This document shows, in pieces, positions 1 to 11,102 of a stretch of DNA of 38,249 nucleotides. The first letter of the stretch is position 1, and each line of letters begins with the position of its first letter. The stretch comes from Spirogloea muscicola (lineage: Eukaryota). The position numbers and the translations under genes were made by a program. The DNA lies in NCBI GenBank assembly GCA_009602725.1, contig WELB01000011.1, positions 627,383 through 665,631 of the forward strand. The letters are read 5' to 3'. A model generated the notes under the pieces. The model saw nothing but the letters and a program-made list of their open reading frames with translations, searched no databases and had not been told where the DNA came from.

Positions 1-54
1 CGCGGGGGGCAAGCGCGGGCGCGCCAACGGTCGGGAGGGGGGGGGCAGGGGTTA

Positions 55-763
55 ACCCGGTGGGAGACGAGTTCGTTCCACTGGCAGTCGACGTACACGG
101 AGCCTTTGGCTCGAAATGGCTTGACTTGCTCCACCGCCTGGCGCGGCGTGCAGCGGCCCGCCACCTCGGGCAGCAGGGCGAGCAGCCCGGCTTCAATGTC
201 GCCGGGTCCCTCGCTCAAGTACTCCGCATGCGTTTGGCCGTCTCGATGCAGCGGTCCCTTGCCTTCGCGGTTCACTTGCGCGCAGGCCGAGCTTTGGCGG
301 CGGCCTCCGGCTTCCGTCGGGGCGACGTCTTTCCGCCAGGTAGCTACTCGGACTTGCATCTCCTGACTAGAGGTTACTGAGCGTTACCGCGCGGGCTGGC
401 CGTGCTATGGCTGCTGCTTCCGGGTCTCGGCAGAGTGCCACTTCTCCTGCTCCGAGTTACTCTGATCTGCTATTGCTCACACGTGGATACTGAGCAGCCA
501 TCTGCATCTCCCTCTGCACCATCTTGCACTTTGTAGTGTAGTCCTTTTTCGGCACTTCTTTCTTTGGCTTTGAACATTGTCCATTCATTTTGGGTTGGCT
601 TTGCCAGCCCCTCTTCTCAATGGGCGAGCACCTTCCCTGGCTGATGTCTTAGTCCTAGTCGTTTGCACTCAGGCTCCCTCAGACCTTGTCCATTCCTTTG
701 GGCTGGCCTTTTCCCAGCCACCAGTCAATCTGGCCGCGCTTCGCTCTCCCAATGGGGGCAAGG
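55..763 (+). mobile_element. 5'-truncated 3' end of an RLE-endonuclease non-LTR retrotransposon (CRE/R2-group-like): ORF C-terminus 60-380 plus 3' UTR with two hairpin units
   Basis: ORF GDEFVPLAVDVHGAFG..LLHRLARR..LRMRLAVSMQRSLAFAVHLRA resembles the C-terminal RLE signature F-x-P-x-A-x-E/D-x-x-G...RLSVALQR. No RT is present. Diverged copies recur in the window. Hairpin units at 577-628 and 684-763. Confidence 0.7.
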
Positions 764-1102
764 GCTGTGAAAACAAGCCCGAAAAAATGACAAAGATATT
801 AAGTGGAAGAAGAGCAACCCCGCTGAAGCCTGCTCGAGGCAGGAAGTCTGCCGCTATTTAAGGGCGGGTGTAATGCCAACACCAAGTGCCTGCAGAGTGA
901 GCCCGTCGTAGACCCTAAAGCCCTCTTTGTACTTGGCCACTAAGGCCCTCCGTCCCCCAATATACACTTCTTTTGCCTCGTGTCAGCAAGTAGGAAGATG
1001 CGCAGTGCGCATGGAACAAAGTGAGGCCAATTCAAGCCAAAAGCATTGTTCAGGCAGAAACTAGTGCAAAAAGTACGGCTACATAAAAGGATACGGCAAC
1101 AA

Positions 1103-1480
1103 GAAAGAGCTCTTCCATCTAACGGCAGTGGCTGTGAGAGGCCAGCCCAGGAATTTGCATGGCCTGAAGGAGCCGGATGCACAGAAAGCAGGTTACTAGT
1201 CTCCAAGACGTCAGCAAGTTGGAGTACAAATCAGAATAAGTAGAGGGCGGAAAAGCGTTGTCCTGACAAAGCCCAGAGGCAGCAGCCAAGGCGCGGCCTG
1301 CACGCGAGTGGACGGCACATGCTAAGGACCGCTGCCGGGAGACTGCAAGGCGCATCCTGTACACCTGAGCAAGCAACTTGACGACATTGAAGCCGGGCTG
1401 CTCGCTTCGCTGCCCTTCGGCGGTGGGAACACAGCAAGCCGCACAAGCCGCGACGAGACTTGCAGCCTGCCTCACCGGTG
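1103..1480 (-). mobile_element. Degenerate inverted copy of the same retroelement 3' end
   Basis: Minus-strand translation EQPGFNVVKLLAQVYRMRLAVSRQRSLACAVHSRAGRALAAASG..FPPSTYSDL aligns with the 60-380 ORF. Hairpin unit at about 1103-1165. Confidence 0.75.
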
Positions 1481-1590
1481 CCATCCGACGGCGGGCGCCC
1501 CCACGAACTCGGGGCCCGGCGTCCGTGGTGGACCTTGTCCATGCTTTCTGGGCTGACCAGTTACAGCCCCCGCCCCTTTGATAGAAGAAA

Positions 1591-1842
1591 GTGCTCGCCC
1601 ATTGAGGATTGAGGATTTGAAAGAGCTCGCTTTCTGTGAACGGCCAGCCCAGGAAGAATGGACTAGGTCCAAAGGGCCGAAAGGCGCCAGAATCACACAG
1701 CTATGCAAAAGACTACAGCGATGGGAGCTTAGTGACCCCGAGTCAGCAGCCGCAAGTCGGAGTGAAGTGCAGCTGGAAAAGAGGCACCTCGACGAGACCC
1801 AGAAGTAGCAGCCAAAGCACGGCCTGCACGCAAGTGCATTGC
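1591..1842 (-). mobile_element. Short inverted copy of the retroelement 3' end
   Basis: Reverse complement of 1729-1842 reads AMHLRAGRALAATSGSRRGASFPAALHSDLRLLTRGH*. It is followed by the unit GGACCTAGTCCATTC..CTGGGCTGGCC...CTCAATGGGCGAGCAC. Confidence 0.75.
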
Positions 1843-1960
1843 CTGAGCCAGCCCGTTCATTTGTGTTACCTGATTTGTCACCTTAGTTTCTGTTTTATAG
1901 AATCTTCATTCCTTTTACACGTTGTACCCGGCTTGCTTTGGGCTTTTTTTCCACTTATGC

Positions 1961-2023
1961 GCACCTCGCTGTGCTGTGCGAGGTGCGAGGTGCACGGTGC
2001 ACAATTCCTTGCACCTCGCACCT
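1961..2023. repeat. Inverted-repeat cluster of GCACCTC units
   Basis: AGGTGCGAGGTGCA (1981-1994) and TGCACCTCGCACCT (2010-2023) form a perfect 14-bp inverted repeat. A further GCACCTCGC lies at 1961. Confidence 0.8.
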
Positions 2024-2039
2024 TCACCCTTTACAGTCG

Positions 2040-2235
2040 TCTGCTGTGCATCTGCAGACACCCCGCACCTTTGGCTGCCGCTATTGGTTCTTCTAGTTTA
2101 GGACTCCTTTGCTCCTGCCAGTTATCCTTTTGCAGTTGCTGACTCGGAGTTGCTGAGTGGCTCTCTGTAGTGGACTCTCGCTTTGCTAAGAAATCTGTCC
2201 ACTCTTTGTTTTGGGGCTTCTTTGCAAATCCTCGT
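2040..2235 (+). mobile_element. Highly decayed copy of the retroelement 3' end
   Basis: Frameshifted AVHLQ..AAAIGS...LQLLTRSC* resembles AVHLRAGRALAAASG...LHLLTRGY*. A degenerate TGTCCA..TTTTGGGGCT unit follows. Confidence 0.5.
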
Positions 2236-3257
2236 GCACCCTTTGGGGCTGTCATCCAGCGCCGTCTGTGGAAGAGCACCTTCTCTCAAAGTGCACGGGA
2301 AGGCTTTTGTCAGAGGCTGCTCTCTTCCCCAGAACAATGGACAGTCAGGCGAGCAGCATCACAGAGGGAGAGAGGAGAGCAGCAAGCTGAGTGCAACAGG
2401 CAAGAGGGGCGTTGACAAGGGAACAAGGTGAGGTGGACGTTGGTGAAGAGGGAGACCTTTGCCTCCAGTAAAATGCTGTACGTACACAAGAGCACAGCTG
2501 AGGGTCATAGCAACCCGATGTATATCCAAAGCAGAAAAAGAACAAGACTGCAGTTGAGAGGACGTGTAAATTGTATCTGCAGATATAGTGGGACGATTCC
2601 TTCTTTCCTATCATGAAAATAAGATTCAGTCCTCAAGGACTGAATCTTATCGGCAGACCATTCTTTATGCTCAAGCCACAGTGCAGTACACCAGGCAAGA
2701 ACTTAGAAACTACAGTCAAGAGCTTCAAATGTAAGTGGCGTGTATGCATCCGGTCAATGGCTCTGCAGGTGGGCGAATCTGACGGGTTGAGAAGATGATC
2801 TGCAAGTCAATGTCCACAAGTGGAACAAGCTGGCAACAAGCACTGTATGAATGTTGTGGGCAGACAGGCCTGTCTGCCCACAATTTCACACACACACTCA
2901 CACTCACAATCTCACAATCTCAGTATGTCAATATGGCATACTGTACAGCCATTGTTTGTGATGGTCAGCGCGGCAAGGCCAATGAGTTGAGGAAGTTCTC
3001 ACCAATCGCAGTAGAAGATGTGATACTAAGTTTTCAGACTGGTTTACTAATCAGGTGTATCGATGACAAGGTTGTATGTACGGGCTTCTAAAGGAAGCGC
3101 GGCACGCTCATGAGCAACGGCGATGCCAAAGAGGCTCACGGCAGTTAGGCTCACTAAGAGCAGTTGGCATGGGAGCTTATGAGCATGCTGGAGAAGGTTG
3201 GATTAACACCCACAGAAGTAACTTAAAGTCTGACCTAACTTTGCGGAGCTCGGGCTG

Positions 3258-6200
3258 CTATTGGTGACCATTGGCCAATGGAGGCTGGCAGCTGCTGCTC
3301 TCCTGCCCTCTCCGGAGCTTCCAGTCCTGTATCATGCTCCGCAGCGCATAGTTGGGCATAAGCGTTTTGTGCGGCAGCTCACAATTCGTCATGGGCGACG
3401 TATCATTGCTGCTCAGCCACGTGGCAATGGCCACACGCTCGTACGTGTGGCCATCAGCCGCGAGCACAGGATCTCGCATTACGTCCTGGGAGCACGGGCA
3501 CAATTCTCCGTTTAGGTTTACCAATTTGTTTGCAATATTTGCTTTGAGCCTAATGCCAAAGTCCCACAATTTTTGTTCACAAGCTGTCGCTAGTAATGTA
3601 TCAGTCATGCCAGATCAACATCTCGTCACTCATAATGAGGCAATGCAAGTTACCAGTCATTTCTCAAGTACCTAAGCAGCAACTTCCAGAGGTCAAGCCT
3701 GAGGAAGTCTCGAAATATTGCCCCTTACCTGCGTTATAGGGCACAAGAAGTATGCGTTGAAACTGCTGGCAAGCGGGAAAGTGCGCTGGGCAGGCGCCTC
3801 CTTATCAGCGGCTTCCTTGGCAGTCGTGCGGAGGGCGTCAAGGCGAGCCATGACGCTTGCAAGCTCTGGACGGTCCTTGCGCCGCATCGTTACACACTCA
3901 AGCGCAAGAAGAGCCAGCTCCAGCGCAAGATTGCGGGGCCACTTGCCGCTCGCCGGGTCCAGGACACTCTCCAGATTGTCCTTCTGTACGGCGTCTTCCA
4001 CCTTGTCCATGACCTGACCCGCACGTGCAGTAGCAGCTGTCATCTCTCGGGCAAGGGGAAATGAATGACCCTATTCACAATTTGGGGCACATATTAGGAC
4101 AGACTAACTTTTCCAGACTACATCAGAAGGACTCAACATGTGGAACGATCTTAGAAGGAACAAAGGTCTCGATATACGACCTGGACTTTCCCGGTAAGCA
4201 GCTGGAGAAGCACAACCCCGAGGCTGTAGACATCAGACTTGGTGCCCCACCGGCCCGTCATATAGAACTCGGGGTCCACGTATGCAAGCGTGCCGACCGC
4301 ATGGGTCTGTGTCACGTGCGTCCGCATTGTCAGCTGGCCAGTGATGCCCGGCATGAGCTCCGCCATGCCCACATCCTGCAACAACCAACATTGGGGCCCT
4401 CATCAGCACCAATGATAAAGAGATCAGACATCCACATGGGCTTGATCAACCAGAGGATAAGATGTCGTAATTGTCAACAGTCCTCAAGAGACAGGCTCAC
4501 CGCAAGCTTCCCCACGAGATTTTGATCCAGCAATATGTTTGCTGCCTTCAGGTCTCTGTGGACGATGGGCGGATTGTTACTGTGAAGGAAGACGAGCGCT
4601 GACGTAACCTGGCAGCAGGTGCAACCACCCCACAGTCTTGTGAGCATTGACGTCAACAAAGCACTTGAGATTACTTCTGCAGAGTCATCTTGACATGCCT
4701 ACATGCTGGAGCTAGGTTTAGTGACTTGGCCAACTTATGACTTGGCCAACTTCCAGGTGTAAATGACCACCAAACATGCTTTTACACCAGGGCTTTACGA
4801 AGGCCATAGTTGTCACGCTCTGTGACCACAGGACGAAAGAGGAAGAATTTCAACGAAGCCAATATGTTCTCATACCTCTGCTGCAACACGTATCCTGGTG
4901 TACCATGGCAGGGCTGCCTGACCAGTCAGGTGCCCTTCCAGATTCCCATTGGCACAATAGTCATAGACTATGGCAAAATGGCACGAGCCATCATCTGTTG
5001 CTTCGACGCAGCAGCCCAGAAGCATGACCAGATGGGGGTGCTGAATGCGCCCCAGCATCTCCACCTGACAGACTCGACAGTGACCATCAGTCGTCTTTGG
5101 CATAAGTGAGACGGTCCACTGATACGAGCTAATGCTGGAAGTGGGAAGCTGTAAGATTAACCAAATCAAAGCCACATGATGTTAAGAAGTACCTCATGTT
5201 GAAACTCAGACCTTCCCTCAATAGCATCTGTGCTCTTGAGGACTTTAATAGCAACGTCTGTATGGTGCAGCCTGCCTTGGTACACCCAGCCATACCCGCC
5301 CTCTCCAACCTTGTGCTTGTCGTTGAACTTGTCGGTAGCAGCCTGGAAAAGATCAGGCACTTGGAGCTCAGGCCTCTCTGCTGGAGAAGTCAAAGTGCTC
5401 GTTGCTTGTGCTTATGGGAACACTAGATAAGAAAGTGCTTGTGCCCTGGTCATACCAAGCTTCATATCGTTAGGCTAATATGTCAAGCACCTGGAGCTCC
5501 TCCCACGTGTACGTGCGGTACCGCCTTTGCTGGGAGTTGAGGAGCTCCTGCCGGGTATTCTGCGCGAGCGCTTCAGCTTCCTCCCGCAGCTTTGCCTGGC
5601 TCTCAGCCAGCGTCTGTGCGGCCCGCGCAGCCGCCATGGCCTCCATGCGCATTCGGCTCTCCTCTTCGGCCAGCCGCCGCGCTTCCTCCGCAGCCTGCGT
5701 CGCCTCCTTGGAACGCTCCATGGCTGCTGCAATCTGGTCTTCCTGGGTCTTGGCCTGCACATTGAGGCCAGGAATGCCAAGTGATGTGAGCTGTCCCAAA
5801 GGGCTGTTGTGTCGCTGTGTAACAATCAACTCTCTTAAATGGATGCAGGAGAGCATCTCTTATGCTTGGTCCAAGTAGCTCATACATGTATCATCCTAGT
5901 GAGGCACATTGTTGAAGAAGTCATTATCACTGAGAGGATGGTGGAGTAGACATGGAGCTGCTGTACCAGCACTTGCGCGCACTCAGCCGCCTCCTCTGCA
6001 CGCCGCCGGTGCTCCATTTGCTCAAGAGCCTCCCGGCGGAGCTTGTTAGCTTCCAGCTCTGCCTGCATTGCACGGGCCAGCGCCCTCTCCATCTCCTGCT
6101 TCTGATGAAGCCATGAAAAGGATTGGTGCCCTTCAGAGGCCGCACAAAACTTGCTGTTAGATGAAGTGTTTTTAGGTCTATTGACACACTTCATGAATCT

Positions 6201-8149
6201 ATTGAAGACCATCGTTGAATTTGAAGGCTTACCTGCTGAGAGTAGTAGGACTGGACTTGTGCCCAGAGGGAGTCTTCTGAGCCCAGCCCCACATTCAGGT
6301 GGCCCAATGGGGGATGGCTCAATGGGGGTGTCGAGGTTGGAGGCAGCGTTCGCAACGGCGACAGGGCGGGCTCCGGGGTGAAGTGCGCCGGGAATGCACT
6401 GGGTGGTGTTAAGCTTGCCGTTGAGCTCGCTGTAAGATCATGGAGGCTTGGCAGAGCGCTGTACAAACCCAGAAGCGATGGGGGCTCAGAGGGGGCTTGC
6501 ACACCCAGCTGCTGCAGTCTTTCAATCTCCGTGGAAAAGCCCTGATAAACCGGCGGAGCGGTGGGCTGGCAGTCTGAAAGCTCCGCCGTGGACCCAAGCG
6601 ACGAGCTGCTGCTGTTGAGCAGCCCTGCGTCAGGCTTCGCAGCCGGCAGATCCTGCCCGTAGTGCAGGGTGTTGATGACAGGGTACAAGCTCCCCGGTGG
6701 CGAGTTTGCCAGCGGTGCGCTGCCTCTAGGCAACGCTCCAGGGGTCACAGGAGGACCCCTGGCAGGTGACGACGTATTTAAGTCCAAGGAGGAGCTAAAC
6801 TCGCCAACAAATGAACCTGTACAGACGCAGCACGAAGCATACAGAGCACCAGCATTTCACCGTCATTAAGGAATAAAGTCACGGAACGCTCCATGCATAG
6901 CACTGTGCTTCCATCACACAATAAGCCCTGAGCTGTTCTTGCTGCGTGCTGGCGATGCAACCAGCCATGCAGCACCTGGCAGGGACACCTCAGACATGAC
7001 AGAGGACGTCCGTGATATTGTTGGGCTGCCCACAGTGTTGCTATTGGATGGTGCTGGGCTGCTGGCTGTGGACGAGTCTTCTAGCTCCGCCAGCATCGAA
7101 GCAGAGTCGGCGAGCGATGGCAGTTCCTGCACAGCACGCCCGCCCTGGATCGCGTACAAGCAGCAGGTCTCTGGCCTGTGCAGCCCACAGTATGTCACTG
7201 TTGCTCCGTGCCTGCCATGTGTGCAAAGCCAAACCGCCATTGAGTACAATATGCAAACATGACAAGGCTACTCTGTGGACCTAAGTGCCAACATATCTGC
7301 TTATCAGACCATGTGCAGGACTTCAAGTGTGCAGGCACATTGGGATATGCACTGGCTCTGGCTTTTGCCTGGCCACGCGTAGAAAGATGGTCAGGCTGGG
7401 GTCTGACCTCTTGAACATTGTGGATTGCTTAGCAACCATGACGAGGCGCGTGACACCCAGCTGCTTGGCCTCCGCCACGATGCCCTTGGCGCGGTTCTCG
7501 GTGCACACTGGCCTCAGCTCCACAGGGATCTGCAGATGAGCACGGGCGCCTCAGAAGCGCCACGGAAGAGATGCAGCCAGGTCGTCTTTGCACGCGAGGC
7601 CACTGTCAGCGTCTGCATTGCGCACATCCATGCAGCGGTCAGGAGAGAGGGCGGTGCTGGTTTAGTGTGCACCTGCACGGCCGCAAAGTCGGCACGGTAC
7701 TTGTGAAGCATTGGCGCAACGACGGTGGTGAGGTGGCCGGCAAGCTGCATCTTGTTGGCGCTGGCCACGGGGCAGTTGGCTCCCACTGTGAGCAGCGGGG
7801 GTGCCATGAGCAGCTGCAGATGTTCAGGGCCTTGCTAGGGACCTCTGAACGAGCTTGCGAGTGTGATGACGCAAATGTGGGCCAGCAGCAGATGGCTATG
7901 TAATGAAGAATCACATCGGTGACAGACGGCAGCCGCCAGTCAGGGAGGCTGCAGAGAGGCGGCAAGAGTGCGGGAGAGGGAGCAGGGCCTCTCACAGATG
8001 TTGATCTTGGTCACAGCGTGTACGAGGAAGACCTTGTCGCCGCGGTCGCGGCGGTAGAGCCCCGCGCGCTGGAGCCACAGCGCGGCCTCCCGGGAGGAGG
8101 CGCGGTCGCTACCGACGGCCACCGCGATCACCTCGCGCGGCTGAACCAT
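3258..8149 (-). CDS. U-box protein kinase, PUB33-like (USP-like N-terminus, coiled coil, RLCK-IX kinase, C-terminal U-box). Predicted exons: 8149-7996, 7785-7673, 7529-7408, 7211-6976, 6816-6233, 6096-5973, 5754-5491, 5342-5193, 5064-4876, 4608-4501, 4375-4181, 4013-3729, 3485-3258
   Basis: Kinase motifs GEGGYG, VAIK, HRDLKAANIL, DVG, GTLAYVDPEF, SDVYSLG. U-box FLCPITQ/DVMRDPVLAADGHTYER..SPMTN..LMPNYALRSMIQDW. USP-like VIAVAVG..VFLVHA. Phase-compatible GT-AG introns. Confidence 0.92.
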
Positions 8150-8832
8150 TGCTCAGGACAATGGCCCGGAAAGGTAACGCGCAGCTTGCGGCTACGGCCG
8201 CCGTCAGCCGAGAAGACACGAGAGCCGGCGCCGCCGAGCAGCCGCCGCCGCCTTGCCGCGGGGCGCGCCCTCGCGGCGGAGCGGCGGCGGCCGAGTTAGC
8301 GATAGCGGACGCGAGCTTGGGGCGACGAGATGGGAAGGTGGGGAGAATGAAGCCCCCTCAGGGGCGTCAAGGCAGCTTCCGCGCAGCTTCCTCCCCGCCG
8401 GGCAGGGGGAGCCCTTAAGCGCCGCCGCCCCCTTTACCGCCCGCCCGCTCATGGGACTCGGTTAGCGACACCCCACCTTCGCGGCGCCGGTGCTACCGCT
8501 GCTACCGCCACGTCCCGGCGTCGCCAAGCCCCACTAGGAACGGCCGGGGTGCGGCCCGTCGGAAGGGCCCTCCTCTAAAGGGAAACTCACCACCTATAAC
8601 GCACTTCCATTCTGCCCCCGCCGGCTGGGAAGGAATCTCCCAGCGCCGACGTGGCGGTTGCGGCCGAGATTCCCCCCCGTCCGGTCAACGCAGGGTCGTC
8701 CCCATTGGGCCCTCCTGTCGCACTTTCGGCAAACCTTTCGCTTCCACTTCCCGCCAGAATCTTGCAGCCGCTGCTGACTCGGCTTGCCAGCATGCCCGCG
8801 ACACGCGCACCCGGCAGCGCCGCGCAGCCTAT

Positions 8833-8859
8833 AACCTAACCCTAACCCCCAACCCTAAA
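8833..8859. repeat. Degenerate telomere-like (CCCTAA) tract / telo-box
   Basis: aacctaaccctaacccccaaccctaaa at the end of the GC-rich island upstream of the PUB gene. Confidence 0.7.
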
Positions 8860-8882
8860 GCCACTTTCTTCCTCTTTTCCCC

Positions 8883-9560
8883 CCCAGTATCCCCTGTTGA
8901 GCAGCGGCAGGTCAGAGAAACTAGACTCCGGGTAGCGGCTGCTCGCCGGAGTCGCTGTGTGCTTCAGTGATTCTCTGGCCCCTTTGACATGTATTCATTC
9001 TTTTTCCTGGCCACTTACAGCCATCGCCCTCGACTGGATGAGTCTGTGTTTCGTTTTGTTTCCCCCAAACGGGGGGTGCGTTGTGAGATGGGGGTGCGCT
9101 GAGAAAGAAGTGGGCAGCAGCTAGTACATAGGGGTCGAGGGTGTGAAAGCAACCCCACAGAGAAGAAAGACTCGTCACAAAAGAGTAAATTAGGTCCAAA
9201 GGAGACCGAAAAGTGAGCTCATACTGTTAAGGCGAGGGCTGTGAAGAGCCTGCCCAAGGAGACATGGATAAAACGGTCCAAAGGCGCCGGACAATGTTGA
9301 AGCACTCACTTGGCAGCTTGACCAACACATAGAAAAGTAGTCTTTCTTAGAGGGCGAGGGCTGCGAAGCCCAGCTCGAAGAGAATGTACAAGGTCCGAAA
9401 GGGCCGGAGAGTGCTAAGATATGCAACAGTTGAAGTGTTACGAAGGATGGCAACTTGGTAACCCCAGGTAAGCAGCCGCAAACACGAGTATGCCAGAAAG
9501 CACCTAGATCTCAGAGCTCGCCCCGACGCTTTACCTCCGGGGCTGGTCTCTTGCAGCCAC
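8883..9560 (-). mobile_element. Cluster of mostly minus-strand retroelement 3'-end fragments and hairpin units
   Basis: Reverse complement of 8883-8937 matches 10005-10057. Reverse complement of about 9455-9490 reads AYSCLRLLTWGY. Hairpin units at about 9340-9415, 9225-9292, 9185-9215 (-) and 8974-9042 (+). Confidence 0.7.
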
Positions 9561-9599
9561 CGTCATCCTTGGAGGAGTGTAGCTGTCCAGGAGCTCATG

Positions 9600-10180
9600 T
9601 GGGGGCTTGGGGTTCCCTCTCGCCCGACATGGTAACACAGTGGTGGAACATTTCGCCAAGCAGAAGAGGAGAGGCCCCCCCTCTATGTACGGTAATGGCT
9701 GTCGAGTGGCTAGCCAGAGCAAGTAACACAAAGGTCCACTTTCAGGCTCAAAGGGTGGGCAATCATCCTTTGGATGATTGCCCAGTGCGAGAAGAAATGG
9801 CACTATTCAGCAGGAGTGGTCCCCCCTTCACAAGTTCCTGCAGCGACGAGCTCAGCTGGCCCTCTTAGTTGCTCGAGCCCACGAAGGCTGCAATTCGCTT
9901 ACCACGGGCCCTCCAGTATCGCTGCAACACTTCATAGCACAAGCGTTGCATCTGCGTGCCGGCTGCGCTGTGGCTGCAGCCTCTGGCTCTGACCAGGGAA
10001 TTCACTACTCGGAGACTAGTTTCTCTGACCTGAGGCTGCTCAGTAGTGGATATTGAGCACCCAGTGGCCACTTGAGGCGCTGTGTTCTTCAAACGCTTTT
10101 CTGGCCACCTTTCGAACTTCGTTCGTTCCACATTCTTTTCCTGGGCTGGCCAATCCCAGCCATCGCCCTCTACTGGAAGA
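9600..10180 (+). mobile_element. Diverged plus-strand copy of the RLE retroelement C-terminus and 3' UTR
   Basis: VSLQHFIAQALHLRAGCAVAAASG..SFSDLRLLSSGY* (stop at 10056) aligns with the 60-380 ORF. Unit CTGGGCTGGCCAATCCCAGCCATCGCCCTC at about 10141-10170. The 5' boundary is uncertain. Confidence 0.7.
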
Positions 10181-11102
10181 GTCTTTCTCCCCTTCGAAAT
10201 TCATCTTCTTCCCTTCAAGTGGAGAAGTCATACTAAGAGAAGCTCCGTCCTCTCTGACACAGCTGGTTATCCCATTGGGGATTGCCTTTCATCGTTTCCT
10301 GCTTCTCTTTTGACGCAAGGACAGCCAGTTTCAAGTCTAGGCTTGTTGTCCTGTGTGATCTCTCACCAACAAAAGTCTCTTTTCTCACCTTTCACAAATG
10401 AAGTTGCTTGACTTCTGGGCTGGATGTTCTAGCCCTAAATCAACCCCTAATCACAGCTGGCTCTTTCCACTGTTCCCGTGAAGAGCCACTCCCTCCTTTT
10501 CTTGTGAGTGCACGAAGTAGCTTTGCCACTATGAGTTATGTCAGTTAAGAAAATGTCTAAGTTCAGAGTATGCATAAGTGAAAAGTATGTCGAAGTGCTC
10601 CCCCAGTTTTTTGCGTGCCCAATGTCAATATGTGTGCACCTTCTTCTGGCTTTGAGCTTTGACCTTTCTTAGGGGCAGAATGCAACTAGTTTGTTTGTTA
10701 CCTTGTCAACATTGGGATGTCAGGTAGTGGCTGCTGATGGCTTATTCGTCCATTTATCTTTGTCACTTATTTAGCTTCTCAGACTTGCAACCTCAAAGAG
10801 AGTCTATGATAAACGGGCTTAGGATTCCAGTCAACATTGGGCTTGGAGTGAACCGTCATGTATGTACCTGGCAAGTTGAAATGGTTAATACATACCTGGT
10901 TGCTGCGGATCTGGCAAGGACTTTGCAGGAGAGTGTTATGTGAGGTTCCAGGTATGGATGTAGATGTAGTGGGACACTCATGACCACATTCTCTGTCTAT
11001 AACAGTATTGAATGTCCCACTGCACCCATTGAAATATCAAATTTTTTGCTGATGAGAGAGACTTACCCCTCAGCGCAAAGACCCAGATTGTATTTTGGGC
11101 CG

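Noticed and set aside
1..52. G-run tract with G-quadruplex potential
   Set aside because: It lies at the window edge in very GC-rich DNA, so there is no context to assign a function.
60..380. Standalone 106-aa host gene
   Set aside because: GTG start, no introns, and multiple decayed copies in both orientations indicate a transposon fragment.
4723..4752. Short intronic tandem duplication gacttggccaactt x2 (a similar 13-bp duplication lies at about 32117)
   Set aside because: Ordinary slippage or repair duplications with no sign of function.
6102..6140. CTGATGA..GAAA resembling a minimal hammerhead ribozyme
   Set aside because: Stem I does not pair convincingly, and the site overlaps a splice acceptor on the opposite strand.
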